This document shows positions 33,603 through 46,800 of a DNA stretch of 60,973 bases, in pieces. The stretch is taken from positions 1-60,973 of the forward strand of contig NW_005434485.1 in assembly GCF_000315625.1 (NCBI RefSeq). The letters are read 5' to 3'. Numbering within the stretch: the first letter of the stretch is position 1; each line of letters begins with the position of its first letter. Made by a program: the position numbers and the translations under genes. The stretch is from Guillardia theta CCMP2712 (taxonomy: Eukaryota > Protista > Cryptophyta). The notes beneath the pieces are model-generated. The model did no database searches. It was not told the DNA's origin and saw nothing but the letters and a program-made list of their open reading frames with translations.

Positions 33603-35379
33603 TCACAATAAGTTTGCGCTGTTCTGCATCCTCAGGATCTGCTCAGCCATGGACACAACCGGAAGGAATTTCTGCTCGAGATCTCTCGCCACCAGCCGGA
33701 GCCTCTGCTCCCCCTCCATGGTCTTCTGCATCCCCTCTATCGTCTCGCTCTGCCATCACTCGTCATCAACCCCTCCTCAACCCCTCTGCGCCCCCCCCCC
33801 TCTTCCCTCGTGCTCGTGCTCGTGCTCGTACTCGTGCTCATGCTCATGCTCCTGATCCTCCTGTTCCCTCTCTTACTCCTCCTGATCCTGATCCTGATCC
33901 TGATCCTGATCCTCATCCTGATCCTCATCCTGATCCTCATCCTCCTCCTTCTCTTCTCTCACCGCATACAGGTCGGGCTCGATGTCGTCCCGCAGCGTGT
34001 CGTAGCCTCTCCCAGCGATCGTATGCCTCGAGACAGCCATCAGCGCGCTGCTGTCGTGTTGCACAGCATTCTCAAATTCTCCCTTAGAAACCTGCCCAGC
34101 TGCAGTTCAGCTGCGTTCGACTTAGAGGGGTCGACTCACCGGAATGATGCAGCTGTTGAAAGCGATTACTCGCCCAGCGGCGTCAAACTCCTGCTGCTGC
34201 AGCAGCTTTGCTACGACGCAAGAGGACGACTGGTTGTCTTGAAGGTTCCTCACCCTGGCCAGGATCTCGAAAGGTCTGCCTGGTTGCAAGATGAACGCCA
34301 AGGTCCCGAACATAGCATAGCAGAAGTAGTTGAACTCCGTTGACAAGATAGGAAGCTCCCTGCTCCCCAGCCTGGAGATCGTCTCCTCCACGTGCAGCCC
34401 AAGCATCCGACTCAGACTCTCCGACACGTACACCTCAGTCCCTTTCCCCGTCAAGGGGTCGAAGCTTTGCCTTGCAACGCCAACCTCGCTGATGGCGTCG
34501 TAGAAGATCTTCTCCATCTGATTTGCGTTCGCCGAGTTGAAGGTTCCTTTCGCGTGAGCCTGCGCAGCCTTGGCCAGGTTGTACCGCATGATGACCTCGA
34601 TCGCGTGGAAGGCTCGTCTCGTCACGATCTCAAGGTACGGAGGAAGCGTGTGAAACACTTTCATCAGCTGCCTTGAGTCAAACCCAAACTCCCAGTGGCG
34701 GGACAGTAGAAAGCTCGGCCACCCCATGTTGATCACCCGCTCTTCTAACAGCGAAGCTTGATCGAACTTGATCGTTCGAGTTGTGAATTGCAGCGGCCAT
34801 TCCACCGTAGTCAATGCGAGTGCACGACTAACCAATGCATCTCCCTCCTCTCTCAAAGTCCCCTCCTCCCTCCAAGTCCCTTCTTCCCCTTCTTCCCCCA
34901 CAGGTCGTCGTGCCCTGACCGCAACCGCCTCCTGCTCGTCATCGACGCATAGAGCCTGCCTCCCAAGCCTCACGCAGCGCGAGCATGGCCGCTGGTCATC
35001 GCACTTGGTCTTGACACTCCTGCACACCACACACGCGATTGAGATTCTCTTGCCATGAACGTAACCCGGCTCCTTGGACTTCTTGATCCGGACACATCGA
35101 TGTGCTATGCCAAACTCTTTACATTTCCAGGACCTCCCGTCAGCGCCTTCACTTGCGTACATCCTCTCCTTACCTCGTGCAAGGCTGCTGCTCGTCACAT
35201 TTTTGCTTCGCGTCTCTGCAGGGTTTACACGCAACCCTCATGCGGGGCTTCCGACTGGCTGAGGGCTCATCTGCGTCCCTACCAGAGCCTTGCTCTGGAT
35301 CGCTTTCTGGAGAACCTGGAGACCCGCTCTCCTCTCGCTTGCTGCTTACTGCGGGTCCATCCTCTCTCACAATGATCAT
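33603..35379 (-). CDS. Two-cluster Zn2Cys6 transcription factor with long C-terminal domain (multi-exon)
   Basis: ACKPCRDAKQKCDEQQPCTR|...CKEFGIAHRC and ACVVCRSVKTKCDDQRPCSRCVRLGRQALC; downstream exons end at ...QNSANLL*. Confidence 0.82.
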
Positions 35380-35416
35380 CTCTTGACCTTCTGACTTTGT
35401 TATCGGCTCTGTCCAG

Positions 35417-35693
35417 CCCTGCACCCTTCCTGTCTCCCTATCTCCTGCTTCCTTCCTGTCTCCTTTTCTCCTGCACCCTTCCTGTCTCCCTATCTCCTGC
35501 TTCCTTCCTGTCTCCTTTTCTCCTGCACCCTTCCTGTCTCCCTATCTCCTGCTTCCTTCCTGTCTCCTTTTCTCCTGCACCCTTCCTGTCTCCCTATCTC
35601 CTGCTTCCTTCCTGTCTCCTTTTCTCCTGTACCCTTCCTGTCTCCCTATCTCCTGCTTCCTTCCTGTCTCCCTATCCCCTGCACCCTTCCTGC
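35417..35693. repeat. 52-bp minisatellite (two related 26-mers), ~5 copies, just upstream of the Zn2Cys6 gene
   Basis: CCTGCACCCTTCCTGTCTCCCTATCT/CCTGCTTCCTTCCTGTCTCCTTTTCT alternating. Confidence 0.92.
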
Positions 35694-36106
35694 ACTGCCT
35701 GTCCTCGAAGGGGAGCAATTAAAATTCATCCCCATATCTCCTTCGTTGTTCATCTTATTATGTCTGTTATGTCTATAAAGCTGCCTTTTGTCCTTTCTAA
35801 ATCTATCTCTGGGGCGAACTGGTTTGATATAGAGCATTGGTAGGATATTTTTCCTCCTTAACTTTGAGTAAAAGGTGATTTCCTCCTAATGAGAGTTTTA
35901 CTGAAATATGATCTAGTCGGACTCCGGGTGTGAACCGGGGCCGGTATTTTTTTTTTCTTTTACAGCAGCTCTCTGATGTTTTTTTTAAGGTGTTCTCTTT
36001 TTTCTCTGGTCAAATGAAATTCCCTGGTCAAAACTCGGCGGAGAGATCACATTCCGATAGAGGGAGCATGAGAGGGGAGCCAAGGGGAGCAGAGCAGAGG
36101 GGAGAT

Positions 36107-36459
36107 GAACAGAGAGTAGTAGAGGGTAGCAGCGAACAGAGAGAGTAGTAGAGGGTAGCAGCGAACAGAGAGAGTAGTAGAGGGTAGCAGCGAACAGAGA
36201 GAGTAGTAGAGGGTAGCAGCGAACAGAGAGAGTAGTAGAGGGTAGCAGCGAACAGAGAGAGTAGTAGAGGGTAGCAGCGAACAGAGAGAGTAGTAGAGGG
36301 TAGCAGCGAACAGAGAGAGTAGTAGAGGGTAGCAGCGAACAGAGAGAGTAGTAGAGGGTAGCAGCGAACAGAGAGAGTAGTAGAGGGTAGCAGCGAACAG
36401 AGAGAGTAGTAGAGGGTAGCAGCGAACAGAGAGAGTAGTAGAGGGTAGCAGCGAACAGA
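36107..36459. repeat. 29-bp minisatellite, ~12 copies
   Basis: GAACAGAGAGAGTAGTAGAGGGTAGCAGC repeated. Confidence 0.95.
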
Positions 36460-36993
36460 TGAAGAGTTCTGTGACGAGACGAAGCAAAACGAGATCGACC
36501 AGAGAGGGGCAGAGATCAGCAAAGACAAGTGAAGTAAGGGCAGAGGATGACAAAAGGGAGGAGAGAGGAGAGGAGACAAGCAGCGAATAGAAACGACCAA
36601 GGTCACGAGGGTCCAAGAGAAAGAGATGAAACGTCAGAACATTTCGTATCAGATAGAAGCAATAAATAGGAACAGAAATAGACAATATAGGAATAGAAGC
36701 AGACAACATTAATCAGATGCAGAAAACGAGATGGCTGGACTTGCTTTTGCGGTGTCTGGATGGAGTAAATATGCCCTGGAATCTCTCGTTCTGAAACGCC
36801 TCTCCAGAAGCGCAAACATGGAAATGCAAAAGGCATCAACAGCCCCATCGGATTGCACAAGTAAGGACGTATTCAGCACCTGAAAGGCTCCTTTGTTGTC
36901 GATGTCTTTTTATGCTCCCTGTCTTGTTGTTCATCTTACACTATCGTAGGTGAGAGCAGCTCAGTCGTGGGTCCTCCTTACACCTGGAGGGAG

Positions 36994-37134
36994 ATGGCGA
37001 GGAGACCGTTTGCTCAGTGTCTTGGGATGATTGTGGTTGTTCTTTCTGCCCTCATTGTCACCGTAATCGCTGTTGCTGGCACGCGAGCTGAAAAGTGTGT
37101 CTGGATCCACGGTGTCTGTTATGATCGTCCATGA
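36994..37134 (+). CDS. Small single-TM peptide or last exon of a small gene
   Basis: MARRPFAQCLGMIVVVLSALIVTVIAVAGTRAEKCVWIHGVCYDRP*; upstream donor-like sites at 36861 and 36949. Confidence 0.35.
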   Translation: MARRPFAQCLGMIVVVLSALIVTVIAVAGTRAEKCVWIHGVCYDRP

Positions 37135-37466
37135 ATCTAGTTGAATGTTGAGTACTCATAAAAAGTAGTTTACATCCTATCTCTTACTTCGCTTGCTGCC
37201 TTTGCTTTTCATTTCCGCAACTTGCCTTTCGCCTAGTCTTGTCTTTTCTCTACCCTTTCCGCACTTGTTTCAGGCTCTTTCCCGCACATTGTGGGGCTTG
37301 TTCCTTTCTTTGCAGTCAGTCAGTATGTTCACTTCATGTATCGACATGCATTCTCTTGATTGAGAAACTTAGCCACCTCATCGGCCTACAATCTTGCTGA
37401 AAACTCATTGAAATGATAGTTTATTCATAGCTAGTAAAAACATCTCATGTTGTAGTTCATTCATAG

Positions 37467-38837
37467 CTAGTAAACATATCTCATGTTATGAACCAACAGA
37501 GCGCTGAACATCACTATCAAGAAGGAGAAGGATGGAAGTGCGAGGGAGCCTGCGCTTACTTGCTTCGGCATCTTCACATTCCCACACACATCAGATCGGG
37601 CGTAGCTGCTAGTGAACAGCGACTTGTCATCGCTGCACTTGTCAAACTTGGCATTGGGGTAAGCTTCATCCAGCGAGCCAATGTCGTCACACTTAATGCC
37701 CATCTTGTTGAGATTTTTCCCGCTGAACGACTCCTTCACGACTGACCAGTTGGGGCGTTTGGCATTGGAGATAATGACTTCCTCCTTCACCTTGGCGGCG
37801 GCTGTGGGATCCACGTCATGCAACCAGGGGAGCGCAGCGGCACAGAAGGCCCAGGCCTCTGCCTTGATCTTGGCGAGGTTGGAGTCTGAAGTTATGTCTG
37901 CGGAGGAGGCCTCATACGAGTACACGATGCAAGCTTGAACGACAGGAACCATCAGTTGAGCTCTGATGCACTTGAACGATTCCGCCACCTCAGCAGCTTT
38001 GTCAGGAGTCTGAAGGTATCGCTGCGCAGCGGTGAACTGGTACATGAGCTCCCAGTTGACTCGCGACGATCCGCCATTGCCGATGATGTACCCGTAGGTC
38101 TTGAAGTCCTTCGACATCTTCTCCGCTAGCATGTACGGAGCGTAGCCGAGGCCCTGGCCGTCCACCTCGCCGTCCTCTTGGCTCCCATCCTCTAGGCTGC
38201 CGACATAGAAGGCCCATGCCTCGTCTAGCGTGTGAGCTGCTCCGTTGGCCTCGAACCTTGAGTTACCCAGACTGACGTCGTTGTAGCCAGCCAGAGCTCC
38301 TTCGATCTCGTGCAGGACGTAGAGCCAGTCGATGGTGTACTGAGCCAACTTCTTTGTCATCTGCGATCGGGCGCTGTCTGTCTTGGCGAGATCTCCAGTG
38401 GCATAAGTGCCGTACTTGACTTCGTCCTTGCCGTCCAGAACTGCTCGCATGTGGTCGTCCGCGAAAGTCCACGTTTGCCAGAAGGCGTGTGCCATCTTCG
38501 CAAAGGGTTCAGACCGCGGGAAGGTGCTAGAAGGATCTTTGTAGATGTTTGCCATGTCTTGCAAGGTTCTGTACTTGACAGGATCTGACGACTTCATCGA
38601 CCCTCCACCTTCAGTGTAAATTTTCTTGGCTGCTGTCCAGTCATTCTTTGCCAATTCGATTCCTCGCAAGTCCAGGTCAATCTCTGAGTGCTCTTTGACA
38701 TCAGACACTGGAACGTAGCCAGCGAGACTACCCGCCTTCACAGCCACGTTTCCACCGGAGTAACCAGAACTAGAGCTGTCCTCCTCGCAGCTTGACGCCA
38801 GAAGGAGAGAGGCGAGAATGAAGAGCTTCACGAGCAT
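37467..38837 (-). CDS. FEA1-family low-iron-inducible protein with signal peptide and hydrophobic C-terminal anchor
   Basis: GYVPVSDVKEHSEIDLD, KKIYTEGG, DEAWAFYVGSLE, QLMVPVVQA, AEAWAFCAAALP, MGIKCDDIG match the FEA1 domain as I recall it. Confidence 0.8.
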   Translation of the reverse strand: MLVKLFILASLLLASSCEEDSSSSGYSGGNVAVKAGSLAGYVPVSDVKEHSEIDLDLRGIELAKNDWTAAKKIYTEGGGSMKSSDPVKYRTLQDMANIYKDPSSTFPRSEPFAKMAHAFWQTWTFADDHMRAVLDGKDEVKYGTYATGDLAKTDSARSQMTKKLAQYTIDWLYVLHEIEGALAGYNDVSLGNSRFEANGAAHTLDEAWAFYVGSLEDGSQEDGEVDGQGLGYAPYMLAEKMSKDFKTYGYIIGNGGSSRVNWELMYQFTAAQRYLQTPDKAAEVAESFKCIRAQLMVPVVQACIVYSYEASSADITSDSNLAKIKAEAWAFCAAALPWLHDVDPTAAAKVKEEVIISNAKRPNWSVVKESFSGKNLNKMGIKCDDIGSLDEAYPNAKFDKCSDDKSLFTSSYARSDVCGNVKMPKQVSAGSLALPSFSFLIVMFSALLVHNMRYVY

Positions 38838-39013
38838 CTGCAAAGACAAATTAGACAACCATACTACGACACCACCACAAGGCAAGATTCAAGTCTTGAA
38901 AACCAAAAGAACATCTTCAAAATAGACACATCCATGACTTGGATTATCGCCTAACTTCCTCCTCACATTCTAGTAAAATGTACTAAGATGATCCAAGACA
39001 ATGGCACAAATAG

Positions 39014-39231
39014 GAGCAAGAGCAAGAGCAAGAGCAAGAGCAAGAGCAAGAGCAAGAGCAAGAGCAAGAGCAAGAGCAAGAGCAAGAGCAAGAGCAAGAG
39101 CAAGAGCAAGAGCAAGAGCAAGAGCAAGAGCAAGAGCAAGAGCAAGAGCAAGAGCAAGAGCAAGAGCAAGAGCAAGAGCAAGAGCAAGAGCAAGAGCAAG
39201 AGCAAGAGCAAGAGCAAGAGCAAGAGCAAGA
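39014..39231. repeat. (AGCAAG)~36 microsatellite upstream of the FEA1-like gene
   Basis: Read directly. Confidence 0.97.
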
Positions 39232-39679
39232 GAGAGAAAGCGAAAGAGGAAAGGAGAACGGAGGAACGTGGAGCCAGAACTGTGAGGGAGAAGAAGAGCG
39301 GATCGATGTAAAATTTATACGCAGATAGGGGTAGGGGAACAGGGGGCCTCCTCTAGCCAGGGTACTTTTTCATCTCAAATCACTAAAAGTTAGACTGTAA
39401 AAGGGGGTGGGTAGTAAGAAAATCAGGAATTCTGGGGTAGGGGGTGGGGCTGGTCAGAACCCTCCACATGTCCCTGGTCAAAACGCTGGTCAAACTAGAC
39501 ATGGGATTGAAATTACATCCTTTTATAAAACTAGCTGTTTGTCACGGCGATGCCCGGGAAGAATTTCACATCTACACAAGTAAGTTAGTCTTCTTTTTCA
39601 GTCAATAAAACAGAGTCTACACAGGTTTTCTAAGGAAACTGATGTCACATGTGAGTCATTGATCATTCTTCCTTCTTCT

Positions 39680-39820
39680 CATCATCTATTCCTCAAGGTT
39701 GCTTTCGATCTCCACATGATCTTACTCTGTCTTCCAAACAATAGCTCCTTCATCATCTATTCCTCAAGGTTGCTTTCAATCTCCACATGATCTTACTCTG
39801 TCTTGCAAACAGTAGCTCCT
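39680..39820. repeat. ~70-bp tandem duplication
   Basis: CATCATCTATTCCTCAAGGTTGCTTTC...TAGCTCCT at 39680 and 39752. Confidence 0.9.
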
Positions 39821-40837
39821 GGGAGCGAAAGCCTAATTACTTGCTGATCCTAGAACTTGTTGTCTTGCTGTCCCTTTCCTCGACTCTTGTCAATCTACTC
39901 AAAGCCTCTGCCGATCAATCTCAAATCTCAAATCTCAGATCTCAAATCTCAAATCTTTCTCTTGACCTGTTTATCTGGATTCCAAGGATCTTTGTAGCCT
40001 TGCAGACGAAGTAAATCGATCTTGAAACAATATCAGTATATCCTCCATGTACTTTCTGTAGCAAGCTTGAGTTGCCTCAATGCTGAGATTTGACGATGAA
40101 GCATACACATTAGCACCGCTGCTTAGAAACTGCTCCAAACTTCAGTCAGTAAGGTAACGTAGACCAGTGGCAAACCATCAGTCCATACCGAGAGTGCATG
40201 ATTCACGATTCAGGAAGAACCCGAACCTAACCCACAAGCCTCGGAAAGGTGGTTGCTGAGAAGAGTGTCATGCGATATTGCCTAACAAAACTTCATGCAC
40301 ATCACCTCAGATCGACGCTCTAACCAAGAAGATCCATATGTCATTTTCATTTCCTCATTTCGCTGCTTTCACGCTGGCGCCTCCATTGGATTTCAAGACG
40401 TGCAGATCTCTGTTCATGTGTTTTGCTTCCACTTGTGTCGCCATGGCGATGCTGACCTGCAACGAACGTTTATGTGACGAACAGAGGACCTTACCTAAGT
40501 TACCCAAAAGGCAGCCAGGCTGGTGCTTTTTCAGTCGGTAACTGCTTTACCTTGTATTTGGCAATTGGTCATGAATGCCCACGAAGCATATACTCAACTG
40601 CAAGCAAGTGGGAACATACCTTACATACCTTACAGCCGGGGGCGCGGTAGGAGGGGGAGAAGCATGAAGGGGAGAAGACGGAGCGAGTAGAGCTGCGAGT
40701 AGAGCTCGAATCTCTCAACGAAGTGATATTGGGGTTGAGTAAACAAAATCTTTATGATGGGGGGGGATAACTTGAACACATTTCAATAGTGGTGCTACTG
40801 TTATCACTGTCAGTCTTCCCGCAGGTCTTCTCGAGGG

Positions 40838-43800
40838 TCACTGTCCGATTTCATTCTCCAGCAGCTCGTCCAGCTCCTGCAGGTCTTCTATCTGCGTGAC
40901 GTGCTCCACCTGCTCCTGCTCCTGCTTCTGCTCCTCCTCCTGCTCCTCCTCCTCCTGCTCCTCCTCCTGCGGCCCCTTCCCCTTCTCGGACACCGTCTTC
41001 TCCTGCTGCCCCAGTTGTAAGGTACAAACACCGGACGCTTCCCCACCCACCTTGAGCGACTCTGTCTCAGTCAGCTTGTGGACCCTCAAGACCAGGCGGG
41101 TCTCTCGCAGCTTCCTGAAGAGCTTGTGATTCTGCAGCGGCAGCGTCAACTCCTGCTCTTCGCCTTCGGGGAGCTGCTCTAAATCCAGTTGCACTGATCC
41201 CACCAGATCGTCGCTCGTCACCTGAGAACAGAAACCCGTCAGAGTCATCAGCAACCTCCAGCAGCTGTCCAGGAGGAACTCACGTCGTCCTTGTCCCACA
41301 GCGTGACGCTGAGCACCTTGGTCCGACTTGTCGTCGTCCACTCGAACTGCTGCTCCCACACCGGGTTCACGTTCTTGTGTTTCACCTCCGACGCAAACGT
41401 CGAGAGCCCCGAGCACGCGTTCACAAAGAGCACGCAGTAGGGGTCACACCCCGAGAACAGGTCCATTCTCGGCAGGTTGGTCGCCCGTACCAGCGTCACT
41501 CTCAACAGCTTCACCGACGTCGGAGCTGGTGCAGTCTGAACTTGTTGCTCCTGCTCCTTCTGCAGCGCTATGGCAGCGGGCGCGAGCTCTTTCCCGATGC
41601 TTGTCAACAGGTCAAGGACCTGCTGCTGGCTGCCGAGGAGTTTGACCTGACCGATCTGCGTTCCGATCTGCCGTCGGATGCCCTCAAGGTCATGCAGTTC
41701 CAGCAGCTCGCTCTTCCTTCTCTCGGAAATCACCGATGGCTCCGTTCCGTAGCGATTCATCAGATCTGCAGACGCAACGATCTCATCCTCGTTGAAGAAC
41801 AGATCCGCAAGCTGCTCCTCTTCCCCAGCATCTGGATGTACTTTGTCTGTCTTCCTCCCCAACGCTCGACGAGCGAGCGCAGCAACTTCATGAGTGTCGA
41901 GCGAGACGCCTCCAGGCAGCAGGATCAGCCTTTCCTCGTCCAGGTCCCGCTCAAGGATGCGACGTTGGCTCTCCTTGGACGTCAACGTCTCGCGCTCCTT
42001 CACCAGCGCCTCCTCCAGCTTCTGGTTTGACACGAAATGACGAGCCTTTATCGTCTTCCTCAGCCCATGCCAAAGAGTCTCCAGCAGGTCCTCCACCAGC
42101 CCTGTCGTCCCCTCGGTCTCCTCCTTGACCTTGGCGTACGCGTCCACCAAGATGGCGAGGAACACGTTGAGAAGGATGAAGAAGGCGATGAACAGATACG
42201 ACCACAGAAAGATGTGAAACGCACCGTCCGGAGCTGCGTGCGACATCTACGACTACATGTTAGCACAGCTCTTGGACCGCTCGTCCTCTGCTTGCTCACC
42301 GACGCGTAGAACTGAGTGGTGTCGAGGCTCAGCAGGAAGATCAGAAGCGTCAGACATGCCGTTGACATATCCTTCATGCCCTGCCACGTGAAACCAAGTC
42401 AGTTCCTCCTTGCTCTCTCAGTCCTCCTCTCCTTCCTTTCTGAGCCCTCCACCTCCGCCTCCCCCTATCACCACCTCCTCCTCCTTCGGCCTTCCTCCAC
42501 CTGTATTCCAGTCCTCACCTCGTATTGGTGACCGAACAGCATGTGACCGACCACGGAGTAGCCGTAGAACACGACAGCAAACAGCAGCATGAAGTGCCAG
42601 AGGTCGCTGGACGCGCGAGCAATGGTACGAGTGACGAGACCCATGCGCTCCTGGAAGTCGAGGGACTTGAGCATCCGGAGGACGAAGAGAACCACGCTGA
42701 CTCCCGCGAAGAAGGAGTAGAGGTTCATCGAGTCCGAGATCGTCCGCGCCTGCTCCAGCAGTATGAGGAGGTCCATCTCTGCCTTGTTGTCTGTTCGGAA
42801 ATGCCTTGCCATGGCATTCCCAGACTTGAGCAGTGGAACCTGGAAGCTGCTTCCTGTCTGCACAGTTGTGATGCCTTTCCGCTGCTGTCCTGCTGTGCTG
42901 TACTCGGGCCCGTAGAAGAGGATAGGATAGTTGGCCTTCATGTAGAACTGGCGGCAATCGAAGTAGTGGAGGAGGCAGGTGATGATTGTGCCCCACATGA
43001 AGGCGAAGTGAGTCCAGTCGATCCAGTTGAAGGGATGCGACAGGTAACCTGTCAAGTTGTACTTGCGGATCTCACCCAGCAGCTCGTGGACCTCCATGTA
43101 GCTGTTGATGAGGAGGAATGTCACAAGTACGGCGAACAAGAAGATTTGCATGCCCGCTTTGGGCCCCGCGAAGAAGTCAACGGAGAAGGAGTTGACCTTG
43201 TAGTCCCAGGGAATTCTTCCAGTGGTCTGCCAGTTGAAGATGAACTCGTGCAGTGCAAAGATGTTCTTAGGAGCGTTGTAGGTGAGAAACTGTACCCGGA
43301 CTTCCTCAGTCTGCGAGTCTATGAACGATCCATCTTCCGCGAACTGAATCATGTTCTGAGCCAGCATCTGCGTCAGTCGCTCGTCGAAGTAGAGCTTGAA
43401 GGTGTCCGCCTCAGACGGCATGATGTACTTGCTGTCCTTGTACGCTACCTTGAAGCTGCTGACGTTGACAGACGCCTCTTCGTCTGAGATGAAGCCGTCC
43501 TGGTTTGTATCGAAGAAGTTGCTGTCGTACTTGTGCGGGAAGAAGCCGATGGGAAACGACAGCTGAGTCTCTCCACCTGACCGGATGAGATGTCTCTCGA
43601 GGGGAGAGTAGAACTTCTCGGGCATGAGCTTCGGGTTGTACATGGCGCTAAAGGTCATGAAAGATGGATCGTACCCATACGGCGTATCATCGAGGGTGGA
43701 GGAAGGGCAGCTGACAACTCCCTCTACCGACTTCATGAAGCCTTGGACATGTTTGTTCACGCTCTGAGCGCAGGACGTTGGTTTCATCCTTCTCTGTGAG

Positions 43801-46800
43801 ATCACGATGGCTCCGACGATCCTGTTGTAGGGAGTGATCTCGCGGTTCTTGGGCTCGAAGGGAGGGACGATCTTAGGCAGGCCCTCACTTGCATTGCGGT
43901 ACTCCCACACGCTGAACTGATAGTCGCTGGGGCACGTGGCCCTTGCTGTCAGCCGTTGCGCGTTGGTACAGGCGGGAAAGTTTCCAGAGGTCGGACACAT
44001 GAGAGTGGGACACCTGGCGTCGATGGCGTCGTTTGCGTCAACCTTGCAGAAGCTGCAGATGTCACAGGTGCTCGTCTCCTCCAAGCTTGTCGAGCTCGGC
44101 TTGGTGCAGAACAGTCCTGCATCGCAGTCGTAGTGCGATTTACATTCCTCACCTGTCAATCAGCTGTCAAGGACTGATAAGACCATCCTGCAAGTTCTCA
44201 CCTCGCGCGCCCTTGTTGAAGAGCCAGCTGGTACTGATCGCCATCTCCTGCTGGATTTTGAGGAGAGGACAAGCGCGAGCAAGCGCTTGCTGCATCAGCT
44301 GCCGATGATCCAGCAGCACGTTGACGATGGCCGCCACCTGGACGTTGGATGTCGCAAACACTTCGCTTGACACGTAAACTGTGGGATCTTGGCGAGTCAC
44401 ATTGAACCTCATCTGCTGGGGCAGAGCTCGAGTCACGTTGATCTTTTGTTGGACAATCTCCCTCCAAACTTGATCGACGGAGAAGTTTCCACAAAGAGGA
44501 TGCAATACAGTCGAGCTGTTGGCGAGCGCGGTCGAGGAGTTGTCCAACGAAGAGTTTGAAGAGTTCGAAGAGTTTGCAGACGACGTCAACTTGTTTAGAG
44601 TGCTGTTGCTGGGCGTTGAGCTGGAAGCTGGAGGTTCTAAGAAATTGACGAGGAAAGAAAAGCTCACAACAGGAGGCCCCAGGAAATAGTTGTAGTAGTA
44701 CCTGTAGTATCGACTACTCACTGTAACATCTGGGTACTTGTTACAAGCTATCACGTTGACCCGTATGTATCTCCTCGAGGTCGCGCCCTCGTAAAAGAGC
44801 ACAATCTTGGAGCCGTTCTTGATAGCGTTTGGACAGGTAGTAGTGTCTGGCCAGTCGGCGCAGTCACAACGTGGTGTCGGCTGTGCGTCGGTGGAGTAGG
44901 TGTAGCGAAAGTAAGAGACGCTGGAAGTACTCAACACCTGGATCTCTGCGATAGAGATGCCGTACAAGTAGCTGTTATGCAAAGGCCTTAGGACGTGCTC
45001 GACCTTGTTGAACACCGGGGTGTCTGGCTTGACAGGGCAATAGGCTCCTTCACCCCAAGAAGCGCAGAAGCCTGCTTTCTGGACAGAACTATCCGATTTG
45101 AAACTGACCTTCATGATGCCCGTGGGTGACGTCAGCTGAGGGTTGATCCGATCCATCGTCCCGCATAACGTCGCGAGCAAGGTCGATTCCGAGTCCAAGC
45201 AATTTACACTCGTACATGAGTAGATCTTGACCCAATCGTATCTACATGTGCTATGATATTCCACATCGAAGCTTTGAAACGTGAGAGTCAGGTTGCCATT
45301 TCCCGACGGAGCGATAGTCCAAGTACAAAGTGTGTTTGAAGAGTAAGTGGTTGTGAAGCCCGACGCCACATAGCCAGTGGTGCTTGTAAGAGTTTGACCC
45401 GTGCTGGGGCAGTTAGAAACTGTTCGCAACGAATTCTTGTCAGACTTCGCCTTGGGACCTTCGACCTCTTCTATATCAGATTTGCCTTTGTGGGAGGACG
45501 GAGACGCGGGCGGATGTTGAGAACCAGCTGGATGTTTGTCTAGTGCGTCTTGTCCAGCAGTCCCCTTGGGAGGAACCACTTGTGGCAGGTGACTCCTTGG
45601 GGTTGCCTGACGCACTCGAGAGCGCCGAAGCCTAAGAGGTTCATCGCAGCTGGACCCTGACTCAACTATGGTCGCCTTGTTGGCCTGCGCGTACGGACTT
45701 CCGCTGACATTGGGCAGAATGCTGCAGTAACCTACCTTCGCGAGATTTACTATCAGAGAGGTTGGTGGAGAGCTTACCTTGACTATTGTCTCCAGTACGC
45801 CAGTCACTGAATCCTTGAGGTCAATCCTGCCGCTGACCCCGTACTTGGAGGTGAAAAGGTAGCCGACATCTTGCCATCAGCCTTTCGTCACAACTCTCAG
45901 CCTCTCTTCATCTCGCTGGCTACCTTGTGGGTTGAAAGTGTCGCAGTAAGCAACCTGGGATTCCGAAGGCGAACGACACAAAGTCTTGAGCGCATTCTCG
46001 CCGTACACCGCGTTCTTGATTATTTCTCGCAAGTTTCCGTATTCAATCGCTGTCTTCCTTGGTTGCAGACGTGAGAAAGAGCTGTGACTCATGTTAGCTT
46101 CTTCATTGTACACGGGCCAACATCTCTACCTGGGCGTGATTGCAAACAGCGAAGTTACTGCTTGATTCTCCACCAACCCCTCTACAGAGGATTCTTGATA
46201 CAGCACCAGCGTAAGATCACCGTCCGGAGCCTCAAACGTCAGCTGAGTAGCGTTGGTGTCACTCTCGAAGAGAAAGTCTCCCATCGTCTCGCTGTAGATG
46301 TTATAGAAGAATCGCACCCTCGACGTGTCCTGCTCCAGCTCCGAGTCCTTAAGAGAGATACCAAGCTCGCTGCTGCTTCGCTTCACAACATCCTCCAGCG
46401 TGATCGTCAGGCTAGTCACATTCTTGTACTTGCCGCAGTCTTTGATGCATCCGAACCTCCCGAAGCCTGGAAACTCGTCCGGTCCATCACATTTCCCGTC
46501 CCCGCAAACAGGGTCGCTGAAAACCACTTGGGCTATCCCGCGGAACCTGTGGTTCACCGTCAGCAAGGACGAGTGCATGGGTGCCTACCAGGAGTAGAAA
46601 TCTTCTGACGTACTCAGAAACCCCGTCGAGCCCAGACCCGAGTTCATATACCCTCCGTTACCCAACAATGGCAGGCTACTTCCCACTAGGTCGATGACTG
46701 AACTTTCAACGTAGTAGGACGACTCGATGTCTCGCTGCAGGAAAAGAAAGGAGACGTACACTATGAAGAAGATGGATGTTCCGAAAAGCCTCGTGTATGA

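Noticed and set aside
36107-36459. 29-bp repeats of CRISPR-like length
   Set aside because: Contiguous with no spacers, no cas genes, eukaryotic context
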